Shown here piece by piece: positions 48,051 to 61,400 of a stretch of DNA of 64,000 nt (positions within the stretch are counted from its first letter, which is position 1; every line of letters starts with the position of its first letter). The notes under the pieces were generated by a model, which saw only the letters and a list, made by a program, of their open reading frames with translations, made no database searches and was not told the origin of the DNA. This stretch comes from the human T2T-CHM13v2.0 reference genome, Homo sapiens: assembly GCF_009914755.1 (NCBI RefSeq), contig NC_060945.1. The stretch is one strand, 5' to 3'. The position numbers were made by a program, and so were the translations under genes.

Positions 48051-49082
48051 AACTCTGTGAGATGAATGCACACATCACAAAGAAGTTTGTCAAAATGCTT
48101 CGACCTAGTTTTTATGTGAAGATATTTCCTTTTCCACCTTAGGCCTGCACAATGAAAAGTGCACAATGAAAAGTAAGTTTCAACTCTGTGAGATGAAAGC
48201 ACACATCACGAAAAAGTTTGTCAGAATGCTTCTGTCTACTTTTTGTTTGAAGATATTTCCTTTTCCACCTTAGGCCTAAAAGTGCTCCAAATGTCCACTT
48301 GCAGATTCTACAAAAAGAGAGTTTCAAAGCTGCTCAATGAAAAGAAAGTTTCTACTCTCTGAGATGAATGCACACATCACAAAAAAGTTTGTCAGAATGC
48401 ATCTGTCTAGTTTTTATGTAAAGATACTTCCTTTTCCACCACAGCCCCCAAAGCGCTCCAAATATCCACTTGCAGATTCTACAGAAAGAGTGTTTGAAAA
48501 CTGATCAATGAAAAGTAAGGTTCAACTCTGTACGATGAATGCACACATCACAAAGAAGTTTGTCAGAATGCTTTGGTCTAGTTTTTATATGAAGATATTT
48601 CCTTTTCCACCATAGGCCTCAAAGTGTGAAAAATGTCCATTCCAGATTCTACAGAAAGAGTGTTTCCAATCTGTTCAATGAAATGGAGGGTTCAACTCTG
48701 TGAGATGAATGCACACATCAAAAAGAAGTTTGTCAGAATGCTTCTGTCCCATTATTACATGAAAATATTTCGTTGTCCACCATAGGCCTCAAAGCGCTCC
48801 AAATGTCAACTTGCAGATTCTACAAAAAGCGTGTTTCAAAGCTGCTCAATCAAAAGGAAGTTTTAACTCTGTGAGATGATTGCACATGTCACAAAGAAGT
48901 TTGTCAGAACGCTTCTGTTTAGTTTTTATGTGAAGATATTTCCTTTTCCACCATAGTCCTCAAAGCGCTCCAAATGTCCACTTGTAGATTCTACAAAAAG
49001 AGTGTTTTAAAACTGCTCCATGAAAAGAAATGTTCAACACAGTAAGATGGAGGCATATATCGCAAAGAAGTTTGTCAGAATG
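48051..49082 (-). repeat. Alpha satellite, TTCTGACAAAC layer, inverted part
   Basis: Monomers read AAGTTTGTCAGAATGC..TCTAG and CAATGAAAAGTAAG, the reverse of the signature in 49083-53600. Confidence 0.9.
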
Positions 49083-52000
49083 TTTTGAAACACCGTTTTT
49101 GTAGAATCTGCAAGTGGATATTTGGAGCACTATGAGGCCTATCGCGGAAAAGGAAATGTCTTCACATGAAAACTAGACAGAAGCATTCTGACAAACTTCT
49201 TTGTGATGTGTGCATTCATCTCACAGTGCTGAAACTTGCTTTCAATTGAGCAGTTTTGAAACACTCTTTTTGAAGTATCTGCAAGTGGACATTTGGAGCG
49301 CTTTGAGGCCCATAGTGGGAAAGGAAATATCTTCACATAAAAACCAGACAGATGCATTCTGACAATTTTCTTTGTGATATGTGCATTGATCTCACAGAGT
49401 TGAATCTTACTTTTCATTGAGCAGTTTTGAACCACTCTTTTTGTAGAATCTGCAATTGGATATTTAGAGCACTTTGAGGCCTATGATGGAAAAGGAAATA
49501 TCTTCACATAAAAACGAGACAGAAGCATTCTGACAAACTTCTTTTGATATGTGCATTCATCTCACAGAGATGAAACTTTCTTTTGATTGAGCAGCTTTTA
49601 AACATTCTTTTTGTAGAATCTGCAAGTGGACAATTTGAGCGCTTTGAGGCCTATGGTGGAAATGGAAATATCTTCATATAAAAACTAGACATAAGCATTC
49701 AGAAAAAGTTTTCTGTGATGTGTGCATTCACCTCAAAGTGCTGAACCTTACTTTCAATGGAGCAGCTTTGAAACACTCTTTTTGTAGAATTTGCAAGTGG
49801 ACATTGGAGAGCTTTGAGGCCTATGGGTGGACAAAGAAATATCTTCATATAATAACTAGACGGAAGCATTATGAGAAACTTCTTTGTGATGTGTGCATTC
49901 ATCTCACACAGAGTTGAACCTTTCTTTGGAATGAGCAGCTTTGAAACACTCTTTTTGTAGAATCTGCAAGTGGACATGTGGAGCACTTTGAGGCCCATTG
50001 TGGAAAAGGAAATATCTTCATATAAAACTAGACAGAAGCTTTCTGACAAACTTCTTTGTGATGTGTGCATTCAGCTCACAAAGTTGAACATTTCTTTTCA
50101 TTGAACAGCTTTGAAACATTCTTTTTGTTGAATCTGCAAGTGGACATTTGGAGCGATTTGTAGCCTATTGTGGAAAAGGACATATCATCAAATAAAAACT
50201 AGACATACACATTCTGACAAACTTCTTTGTGATGTGTGCATTCATCTCACAGAGTTGAATCTTTCTTTTCATTGAACAGCTTTGAAACACTCTTTTTGTA
50301 GAATCTGCAAGTGGACATTTGCTGCGCTTTGGGGCCAAAGTTGGAAAAGGAAGTATCTTCACTTAAAAACTAGACAGAAGCCTTCTGACAAACTTCTTTG
50401 TGATGTGGGCATTCACCTCACAGATTTGAACCTTGCTTTTCATTGAGCAGCTTTGAAACACTCTTTTTGTAGAATCTGCAAATGGACATTTGGAGCGATT
50501 TGCGGCCAGTGCTGGAAAGCGAAATATTTTCACAAAAAACCTGACAGAAGCATTGACAAACTTCTTTGTTATGTGTGCATTCATCTCACAGGGTTGAACT
50601 TTTCTTTTGATTGAGCAGCTTTGAAACACTCTTTTTGTAGAATCTGTAAGTGGACATTCGGTGCGCTTTGAGGTCTATGGTTGAAAAAGAAACATCTTCA
50701 CATAAAAACTAGACAGCAGCATTCTGACAAAAAACATTGTGATGTGTGCATTCATCTCACAGAGTAGAAACTTACTTTCATTGAGCAGTTTTTAAACACT
50801 CTTTTTCTAGAATCTGCAAGTGGACTTTTGGAGCCCTTTGAGGCCTATATTGGAAAAGAAAATATCTTCACATAAACACTAGACAGAAGCATTCTGACAA
50901 ACTACTTTGTGATGTGTGCATTCATCTAACACAGTTGAACTTTCTTCTGACCGAGCAGCTTTGAAACACTCTTTTTGTAGAATCTGCAAGTGGACATTTT
51001 GAGCGCTGGAGTCCAATCGTGGAAAAGGAAATATCGTCATATAAAAAGTAGACAGAATCATTCTGACAATCTTCTGTGTGAAGTCTGCATTCATCTCACA
51101 GAATAGAACCTTTCTTTTGATTGAGCAGCTTTGAAACACTCTTTATGTACAATCTGTAAGTGGACATTTGGAGCTCTTTGAGGCCTATGATGGAAAAGGA
51201 AATATCTTCACATAAAAACTAGGCAGACGTATTCTGACCAACATCTTTGTGATATGTGCATTCTTCTCACAGAGTTGAACCTTACTTTTGATTGAGCAGT
51301 TTTGACACACTCTTTTAGTAGAATCTGCAAGTGGATATTTTGAGTGCTTTGAGAGCCAATGGTGGAAAAGGAAACATCTTCACATAAAACCTACACAGAA
51401 ACATTCTGACAAAGTACTTTGTGATGTGTGCATTCATCTCACAAAGTTAAACATTTCTTTTGATTGAGCAGCTTTGAAACACTCTTTTTGTAGAATCTGC
51501 AAGGGGACATTTGGAGCGCTTTGAAGCCAATGTTGTAAAAGAAAATATCTACACATAAAAGCTAGACAGAAGCTTTCTGAAAAACTTCTTTTTGATGTGT
51601 GCATTCATCTCACAGAGTTGAACCTCTCTTTTGATTGAGGAGCTTTGAAACACTCTTTTTGTACAATCTGCAAGGACCATTTGGAGCACTTTGACGGCTA
51701 TGGTGGAAAAGGACTATCTTCACTTAAAAACTAGACAGAAGCATTATGACAAACTTCTTTTTGATACGTGCATTCATATCACAGAGTTGAACTTTCTTTT
51801 AATTGAGCAGTTTTCAAACACTCCTTGTGTAGAATCTGCAAGTGGACATTTGGAGCCCTTTGGGGCCTATGGTGGAAAAGGAAATATTTTCACATAAAAA
51901 CTAGACAGAGGCATTCTAATAAACTTCTTTTTGATGTGTGCATTCATATCACAGAGTTGAACATTACTTTTGATTGAGCAGTTTGGAAAATTTCTTTTTG

Positions 52001-53600
52001 TAGAATCTGCAAGTGGACATTTGGAGCACTTTGAGCCCTATGATAGAAAAGGAAATATGTTCACATAACTAGACAGAAGCATTCTGACAACCTTCTTTGT
52101 GATGTGTGCATTCATCTAACAGAGATGAACCTTACTTTTCATTGAGAAGTTTTGAGACACACTTTTTGTAAAATCTGCAAGTGGACATTGGGAGCATTTT
52201 GCGACCAATGGTGGAAAAGGAAAATCTTCACATAAAAACTAGACAGAAGCATTCTGTTAAACTTCTTTGTGATGTGTGCATTCGCCTCCCAGAGTGGAAC
52301 CTTACTTTTCACTGAGCAGTTTTCGAACACTCTTTTTGTGGAATCTGCATACGGATATTTAGTGCTCTTTGAGGCCTATGATGAAAAAGGAAATATCTTC
52401 ACATAAAAACCGGACAGAAGCATTCTGACACACTTCTTGGTGATGGGTGCATTCAGCTCACAGGGTTGAACCTTTCTTTTGATTGAGCAGCTTTGAAACA
52501 CTTTTTTTTTTTTTAGAATCGGCAAGTGGATATTTGGAGCGGTTTGAGGCCTATGGTGGAAAAGGAAATATCTTCACATAAAAACTGGACAGAAGCATTC
52601 TCACAAACTGCTTTGTGATGTGTGCATTCATCTCACAAAGTTGAAACTTTCTTTTGATTGAGCAGCTTTGAAACACTCTTTGTAGAGTCTGCAAGTGGAC
52701 ATTTGGAGCACTTTGAGGCCTACAGTGGAAAAGGAAATACCTTCACATAAAAATTAGACAGAAGGATTCTGAGAAACTTCTTTGTGATGTGTGCATTCAT
52801 CTCACAGAGTTGAACCTTACTTTTCATTGAGCAGTTTTGAAACACTCTTTTTGTAGAATCTGCAAGTGGACATTTGGAGAACTTTGAGGCCTGTGGTGTA
52901 AAAGGAAATATCTTCACATAAAAACTAGACAGAAGCATTCTGACAAACGTCTTTGTGATGTGTGCTTTCATCTCACAGAGTTGAACATTTCTTTTGATTT
53001 AGCAGCTTTGAAACACTCTTTTTGTAGAATCTGCTGTTGGACATTTGCGGCACTTCAAGCCAATGGTAGAAAAGGAAATACCTTCACATAGAAAGTAGAT
53101 AGAGCCAGTCTTACAAACTTCTTTGTGATGTGTGCATTCATCTCACAGTATTGAACCTTTCTTTTGATTGAGCAGCTTTGAAACCCTCTTTTTGCAGAAT
53201 CTGCAAGTGGACATTTGGAGCGCCTTGTGGACTATTGTAGAATAAGGAATATCTTCACATAAAAACTAGACAGGAGCATTCTGACAAACTTCTTAGTGAT
53301 ATGTGCATTCATCTTGCATCATTGAACCTCCCCTTTGATGGAGTAGTTCTGAAACTGTCTTTTTGTAGAATCTGCATGTGGAGATTTTGAGAGCTTTTAG
53401 GCCTATGTTGCAAAAGGAAATATCTTCATATAGAAACTAGACAGAAGCATTCTGACAACCTTCTTTCTGACATGTGCATTCATCTCACAGAGTTGAACTT
53501 TCCTTTTTATGGACCAGTTTTGAAATACTCTTTTTGTAGAATGTGTAAGTGGACATTTAGAGCATCTCGAGGCCTATGGTGGAAAATGAAATATCTTCAC
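49083..53600 (+). repeat. Alpha satellite, TTCTGACAAAC layer
   Basis: GCATTCTGACAAACTTC, GAGCAGCTTTGAAACAC and CCTTACTTTTCATTG recur in most monomers. Confidence 0.94.
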
Positions 53601-56600
53601 ATAAAACTAGACAGAAGAATTCTGAGTGAGAAACTTCTTTGTGATGTGTGCGTTCATCTCACAGAGTTGAACCTTTCTTTTGATTGAGCAGTTTGCAAAC
53701 ACAATTTTTGTAGATTCTGCAAGTGGACATTTGGAGTGCTTTGCGGCCTATGGTAGAAAAGGAAATATCCTCACATAAAACCTAGACAGAAGCAATGTGA
53801 GAAACTTCTTTTTGATTTGTGCATTCATCTCACAGAGTTAAACATTTCTTTTGATTGAGCAGTTTTGAAACACTCCTTTTGTGGAATCTGCAAGTGGACA
53901 TTTGGAGGGCTTTGAGGCCTATGGTAGAAAAGGAAATATCTTCACATAAAATCTAGACAGAAGCAATCTGAGAAACATCTTTGTGATGTATGCATTCATC
54001 TCACAGAGTTAAACCCTTCTTTGTTTGAGCAGTTTTGAAAATCTTTTTTTATAGAATCTGCAAGAGGACATTTTGAGGGCTTTGAGGCCTTTGGTGAAAA
54101 AGGAAATATCTTCACATAAAACTAGACAGAAGAATTCTGAGAAACTTCTTTGTGATGTGTGCATTCATCTCACAGAGTTGAACCTTTCTTTTGATTGAGC
54201 AGTTTGGAAACACAATTTTTATAGATTCTGCAAGTGGACATTTGGAGCACTTTGCGGCCTATGGTAGAAAAGGAAATATCTTCACATAAAACCTAAACAG
54301 AAGCAATGTGAGAAACTTCTTTGTGATGTGTGTATTCATCTCACAGAGGTAACCCTTTCTTTCAATAGAGCAGTTTAGAAATGCTCTTTTTGTAGGATCT
54401 GCAAGTGGACATTTGGAGCGCATTTAGTCCTGTGGTGGAAAAGAAAATATCTTCACATAAGTACTAGACAGAAGAATTCTGAGAAACTTATTTGTGATGT
54501 GTGCATTCATCTCACAGAGCTGAACCTTTCTTTTGATTGAGCAGTTTGGAAACACTCTTTTTGTGGAATCTGCAAGTGGTCATTTGGAGCGCTTTGCGGC
54601 CTAAGATAGAAAAGCAATAACTTCACATAAAATCTAGACAGAAGCAATCTGAGAAACTTCTTTGTGATGTGTCCATTCATACCACAGAGTTAAAACTTTC
54701 TTTTGATTGAGGAGTTTTGAAACTCCCTTTTTGTAGAATCTGCTCATGGACACTTGGAGGGCTTTGAGGCCTATTGTGGAAAAGGAAATATCTTCACATA
54801 AAAACTAGACAGAAGAATTCTGAGAAACTTCTTTTTGATATGTACGTTCTTCTCACAGAGTTGAATCTTTCTTTTGATTGAGCAGTTTTGAAACTCTCTT
54901 TTTGTAGAATCTGCAAGTGGACATTTGGAGCGCTTTGAGGCCTATGGTGGAAAAGGAAATATCTTCACGTAAAAACTAGATAGAAGCATTCTGAGAAACT
55001 GCTTTGTGATGCGTGCATTCATCTCCCAGAGTTGAACGTTTCTTTTGATGGACCAGTTTTGAAATACTCTTTTTGTATAATCTGCAAGTGGACATTTCGA
55101 GCGCTTTGTCTCCTATTGTGAAAAAGGAAATATCTTCACTTAAAATCTAGACAGAAGCAATCTGAGAAACTTCTTTTTGATGTGTGCGTTCATCTCACAG
55201 AGTTAAAACTTTCTTTTGATTGAACAGTTTTGAAAATCTCTTTTTGTAGTATCTGTAAGTGGACATTTGGAGTGCTTTGAGGCCAATGGTAGAAAAGGAA
55301 ATCACTTCACATAAAAACTAGACAGAAGAATTCTGAGAAACTTATTTGTGATGTGTCCATTCATCTCACAGAGTTGAACCTTTCTTTTGTTTGAGCAGTA
55401 TGGAAACACCCTTTTGGTAGAATCTGCAGGTTGACATTTGACGTCCTTTGAGGCCTTGGTTGAAAAGGAAATATCCTCACATAAAATCCAGACAGAAGCA
55501 ATCTGGGAACCTTCTTTGTGATGTGTGCATTCATCTCCCAGAGTTAAACCTTTCTTCTGATTGAGCAGTTTTGAAACTGTCTTTTTGTAGAATCTTCAAG
55601 TGAACATTTGGAGTGCATTTAGTCCTGTGGTGGAAAAGAAAATATCTTCACATAAAAACTAGACAGAAGAATTCTGGGAAACTTCTTTTATAAGCGTGCA
55701 TTCATCTCACAGAGTTGAAGCTTTCTTTTGATTGAGCAGTTTGGAAACACTCTTTTTGTAGTATCTGCAAGTGGACATTTGGAGTGCTTTGCGGCCTGCG
55801 ATAGAAAAGGAAATATCTTCACATAAAATCTGGAGAGAAGCAATCTGAAAAACTTCTTTGTGATGTGTGCCTTCATCTCAAAGAATTAAACCTTTCTTTT
55901 GATTGAGTAGTTTTGAAACACACTTTTTGTGGAGTCTGCTAATGGACATTTGGAAGGCTTTGAGGCCTATGGTGGAAAAGGAAATATCTTCACATAAAAA
56001 GTAGACAGAAGAATTCTGAGAAACTTCTTTGTTACATGTGCGTTCATTTCACAGAGTTGTACCTTTCTTTTGATTGAGCAGTTTGGAAACACTCTATTTG
56101 TAGAATCTGCAAGTGGACATTTGGAGCGCTTTATGGTAGAAAAGGTAATATCTTTACATAAAATCTAGACAAAAGCAAACTGAGAAACTACTTTCTGATG
56201 TGTGCATTCATCTCACAGTGTTAAACCTTTCTTTTGATTGAGGAGTTTTGTAGCTCTCTTTTTGTAGAATCTGCAAGTGGACATTTGGAGAGCTTTGGGG
56301 CCTATCGTGGAGAAGAAAATATCTTCACATAAAAACTAGACAGAAGAATTTTGAGAACCTTCTTTGTGATGCGTGGGTTCATCTCACAGAGGTCTATGGT
56401 AGAAAAGGAAATATCTTCACTTAAAATCTAGACAGAAGCAATTGGAGAAACTTCTTTGTGATGCGTGCATTCATCTCACAGAGTTAAACCTTTCTTTTAA
56501 TTGAGCAGTTTTTAAACTCTCTTTTTGTAGAATGTGCAAGTGGACATTTGAGGCGCTTTGTGGCCTATGGTAGAAAAGAAAATATCTTCACATATCTAGA

Positions 56601-56990
56601 CAGAAGCAATCTGAGAAACTTCTTTGTAATCTGTGCATTCTTCTCACAGAGTTAAGCCTTTCTTTTGATTGAGGAGTTTTGTAACTCTCTTTTTGTAGAA
56701 TGTGCAAGTGGACATTTGTGCCACTTTGAGGCCTATGGTGGAAAAGGAAATATCTCCACATAAAAACTAGACAGAAGAATTCTGAGAAACTTCTATCCAA
56801 TGTGTGCATTCATCTCACAGAGTTGAACATTTCTTTTGATAGAGCAGTTTTGAAACACTCTTTTTGTAGAATCTGCAAGTGGATATTTGGAGCCCTCTGA
56901 GTCCTATTGTGGAAAAGGAAATATCTTCACATAAAAACTAGAGAGAAGCATTCTTAGAAACTACTTTGTGATGTGTCCATTCATCTCATG
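53601..56990 (+). repeat. Dimeric-type alpha satellite, same family as 36331-40196
   Basis: Alternating AAATCTAGACAGAAGCAATCTGAG and AAAACTAGACAGAAGAATTCTGAG monomers. Confidence 0.93.
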
Positions 56991-57860
56991 GAGTTGAAAC
57001 TTTCTTTTGATTAAGCAGTTTGGTAACAGTATTTTTGTAGCATCTGCAAAGGTATAATTGTGATTCCTTTATGGCCTATGGTTAAATAGGAAATATCTTC
57101 ACATAAAAACTAAACAGTAGCTTTCTGAGAAACTTCTCTGTGGTGTGTGATTTCATCTCACAGAGTTGAACAATTCCTTCAATTGAGAAGGTTGGAAATA
57201 GTCTTTTTGTACAACCTGCAAATGGATATTTGCTGCTCTTTGAGGCCAATGGTGAAAAAGGAAATATCTTCACATAAAAATTAGACGGAAGCATTCTGAA
57301 AAACTTCTTTGTGACGTTTGCATTCATCTCACACAGTTGAACATTTCTTTGATCGGAGATTTGGAAACAGTCTTTTTGTAAACTCTACAAAGGGATAATT
57401 GTGAACCCTTTTAGGCCTATGGTGAAGTAGGAAATATCTTCATATAAAAACTACACAGAAACATTCTGAGAAAGTTTTTTGTGATGGGTGCATTCATCTC
57501 ACAGAGTTGAAGCTTTCTTTTGCTAGAGCAGTTTGGAAACAGTCCTTTGTAGAATCCCCAAAGGGATAATTCTGAGCCTATTGAGGCCTTTGGTGATGTA
57601 GGAAATATCTTCACATAAAAGCTAGACAGAAGCTTTCTGAGAAACTTCTTTTAAATGAGTGCTTTCATCTCAAAGAGTTGAGCATTTCTTTTGACTGAGA
57701 AGTTTGGAAACACACTCTTTTCAGAATCTGCAAATGGATAATTGGAGCACATTGAGGCCTATAGTGAAAAAGCAAATATCTTCACATAAAAACTAAACAG
57801 AAGCTTTCTGAGAAACTACTTTGTAATGCGTGCATTCATCTTACAGAGTTTAACCTTTCT
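56991..57860 (+). repeat. Island of about 5 ancient-type monomers, paralogous to positions 1-660
   Basis: Shares private variants with the window start: GGGATAATTGTGAACCC, GGTGAAGTAGG, GATGGGTGC, GAAGCTTTCTTTTGCTAGAGC, GAATCCCCAAAGGG, GGCCTTTGGTGAT, TTGAGCATTTCTTTTGACTGAG. Confidence 0.92.
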
Positions 57861-58400
57861 TTTGATTGAGCAGTTTTGAAACTCTCTTTTTGTGGAATCT
57901 GCAAGTGGACACTTGGAGTGCTTTGACTTCTATGGTGGAAAGGGAAATATCTTCACATAAAAACGAGAGAGAAGCATTCTGAGAAACTTCTTTTTGATGT
58001 GTGCATTCAGCTCACAGAGTTATATCTTTCTTTTGGTTGAACAGTTTTGAAACTCTGTTTTTGTAGAGTCTGCAGGTGGACATTTTGAGCGTTTTGAGGT
58101 CTATGTTGGAAAAGGAAATATCTTCACATAAAAACTAGACAGAAGCACTCTGAGAAACTTCTTTGTGATGTGTGCATTCATCTCACAGAGTTGAACCTCA
58201 CTTTTGATTGAGCAGTTTGGAAACACTCTTTTTCTTGAATCTGCAAGTGGACATTTGGCACGCATTGTGAACAATGGCAGAAATGGAAATATCTTCACTT
58301 AAAATCTAGACAGAAGCAATCAGAGAAACTTCTTTGTGATGTGTGCATTCATCTCACAGAGTTAAAAGTTTCTTTTGATTAAGCAGTTTTGAAACTGCCT
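57861..58400 (+). repeat. Alpha satellite, short continuation of the dimeric-type layer
   Basis: GTGGACATTT and AAATCTAGACAGAAGCAATC (about 58300) return after the island. Confidence 0.75.
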
Positions 58401-61400
58401 TTTTGTAGAATCTGCAAGTGGATATTTGGAGCGCTTTGAGGTCTGTGTTGGAAAAGGAAATATCTTCACGTAAAAACTAGACACAAGCATTCTCAGAAAC
58501 TTTTCTGTGACGTGTGCATTAAACTCACAGAGTTCAACATTTCTTTTGATAGAGCAGTTTTGAAACACTCAATTTGAAGAATCTGCAAGTGGACATTTTG
58601 AGCGCTTTGAGGCCTATGGTGAAAAAGGAAATATCTTCACATAAAAATTAGACAGAAGCATTCTCAGAAACTTCTTTGTGATATTTGCATTCAACTCACA
58701 GAGTTGAACATTCCCTTACATAGAGAAGTTTTGAAACAGTCTTTTTGTAGAATCTGCAAATGTATATGTGGAGCTCTTTGAGGCCTTCGGTGGAAACGGG
58801 AAATTCTTCACATAAGAGCAAGACAAGCACTCTCAGAAACTTTTTTGTGATGTGGTACATTCAACTCACAGAGTTGAACCTTCCTTTTAATAGAGCAGTT
58901 TTGAAACACTCTATTTGTGGAATCTGCAAGTGAACAATTGGAGCACTTTGAGGCCTGTGGTGGAAAAGGAAATATCTTCACATTAAAACTAGACAGAAGC
59001 ATTCTCAGAAACTTCTTTGTGATGTGTGCATTCAATTCAGAGAGTTAAACCAACCTTTTGATAGAGCAGTTTTGAAACACTGCTTTTGTAGAATCTGCAA
59101 CTGGATATATGGAGCCCTTTGAGGCCTATGGTAGAAAAGGAAATGTCTTCATATAAAAACTAGACAGAAGCATTCTCAGAAATTTCTTTGTGATGTGGCA
59201 TTCAAGTCACAGAGTTGGACCATCCTCTTCATAGAGCAGTTTTGAAACAGTCTTTTTGTAGAATCTGCAAGTGGATATTTGGAGCGTTTGGAGGCCTATG
59301 GTGGAAAAGGAAATATCTTCACATAAAGAGTAGAAAGAAGCATTCTCAGAAACTCCTTTGCTATGTGTCCATTAAACTCAGAGTGCTGAACCTTCCTTTT
59401 GATAGAGCAGTTTTGAAACACTCTTTTTGTAGAATCTGCAAGTGGACATTTGGAGCGCTTTGAGGTATATGGTAGAAAAGGAAATATCTTCATATAAAAA
59501 CTAGACAGAAGCATTCTCAGAAACTAATTTATGATGTGTGCATTCAACTCAGACGGTTGAAACATTCTTTTGATAGAGCAGTTTTGAAAAGCTCTTTTTG
59601 TAGACTCTGCAAGTGGATAGTTGGAGTGCTTTGAGGCCTAAGCTGGAAACGGGAATATCTTCACATAAAAACTAGACAGAAGCATACTTAGAAACTTCTT
59701 TGTGATGTTTGCATTCAACTCAGAGAGTTGAACTTTCCTTTTGATGGAACAGTTTTGAAATACTCTTTTTGTAGAATCTGCAATTGGATATTTGGAGCGA
59801 TTTGAGTCCTATGGTAGAAAACGAAATATCTTCATATAAAAACTAGACACAGGTATTCTCAGAAACTGCATTGTGATGTTTGAATACAACTCACAGAGTT
59901 GAAAATTTCTTTTGATAGAGCAGTTTTGAAACACACTTTTTGTAGAATCTGCAAGTGGATATGTGGAGCTCTTTCAGGCCTATGGTAGAAGGGGAATACC
60001 TTCACATAAAAAAGAGACAGAAGCATTCTCTGAAACTTCTTTGTGATGTGTCCATTCAACTCAGAGAGTTGAACCTTACTTTTGATAGAGTAGTTTTGAA
60101 ACACTCTTTTTGTAGAATCTGCATGGGAATATTTGGAGTGCTTTTAAGTCTGAGGTAGAAAAAAATATCTTCATATAAAATCTACACAAAAGCATTCTCA
60201 GAAACTTCTTTGTGATGTGTGCACTCAAGTCACAGTGTTGAACATCTCTTTTGATAGAGTAGCTTTGAAACACTCTTTTTGTACAATCTGAATGTGGACA
60301 TTTGGGGAGCTTTGAGGCCTGTGGTAGAAAAGGAAATATCTTCACATAAAAACAACACAGAAGTATTCTGAGGAACTGCTTTTTGATGTGTGCATTCAAC
60401 TCACAGAGTTGAACCTTTCTTTGATAGAGCAGTTTTGAAACACTCTTTTTGTAGAATCTGCAAGTGGACATTTGGAGCGCTTTAAGGTCTGTGTCGGAAA
60501 ACGCAATATATTCACATAAAAACTAGACAGAAACATTCTCAGAAACTTCTTGGTGACGTGTGCATTCAACTCACAGAGTTGAACCTTTCTTTTGATAGAG
60601 CAGTTTTGGAGCACGCTTTTTGTAGAATCTGCAAGTGGACATTTGGAGTGCTTTGAGGCCTGTGGTGGAAAAGGAAATATCTTCACATAAAAACTAGGCA
60701 GAAGCATTCTCAGAAACTTCTTTGTGATGTGTCCATTCAACTCACAGAGTTGAAACTTTTATTTGATAGAGCAGTTTTTAAAAACTCTTATTGAAGAATC
60801 CGCAAGTGGATATTTGGAGCGCTATGAGGCCTATGATGGAAAAAAAATTATCCTCACATGAAAACCAGACAGAAGCATTCTCAGAAACTTTTTTGTGTTG
60901 TGTGTATTCAACTCACACAGTTAAACATTTCTTTTGGTAGAAGAGGTTTGAAACACTCTTTTTGTAGAAGGTGGAAGTGGATATTAGGAGCGCTTTGAGG
61001 ACTATATTGGAAAAGGAAATATCTTCACAAAAAACCAGACAGAAGCATTCTCAGAAACCTCTTTGTGATGTGTGTATACAACTCACAGAGTTGAACCTTT
61101 CTTTTCATTGAGCAGTTTTCAAATACTCTTTTTGTAGAAACTGCAAGTGGATATTTGGATAGTTTGAAGCCTATGGTGGAAAAGGAAATATCCTCACAAA
61201 AAAAAACAGACAGAAGGATTCTCAGAAAATTCCTTGTGTTGTTTGTATTCAACCCACAGAGTTTAAACTTTTCTTTGATTGGGCAGTTTTGAAACACTCT
61301 TTTTCTAGAATCTGTAGGTGGATATTTGGAGTGCTTCGATGACTACGGGAGAAGAGGAAATGTCTTCACATAAAAACTAGACAGAAGCATTCTCAGAAAC

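Noticed and set aside
34430-56400. Isolated intra-monomer deletions at about 34440, 43184, 45280, 56130 and 56390
   Set aside because: They are real but are ordinary decay of non-homogenised satellite, with no shared pattern.
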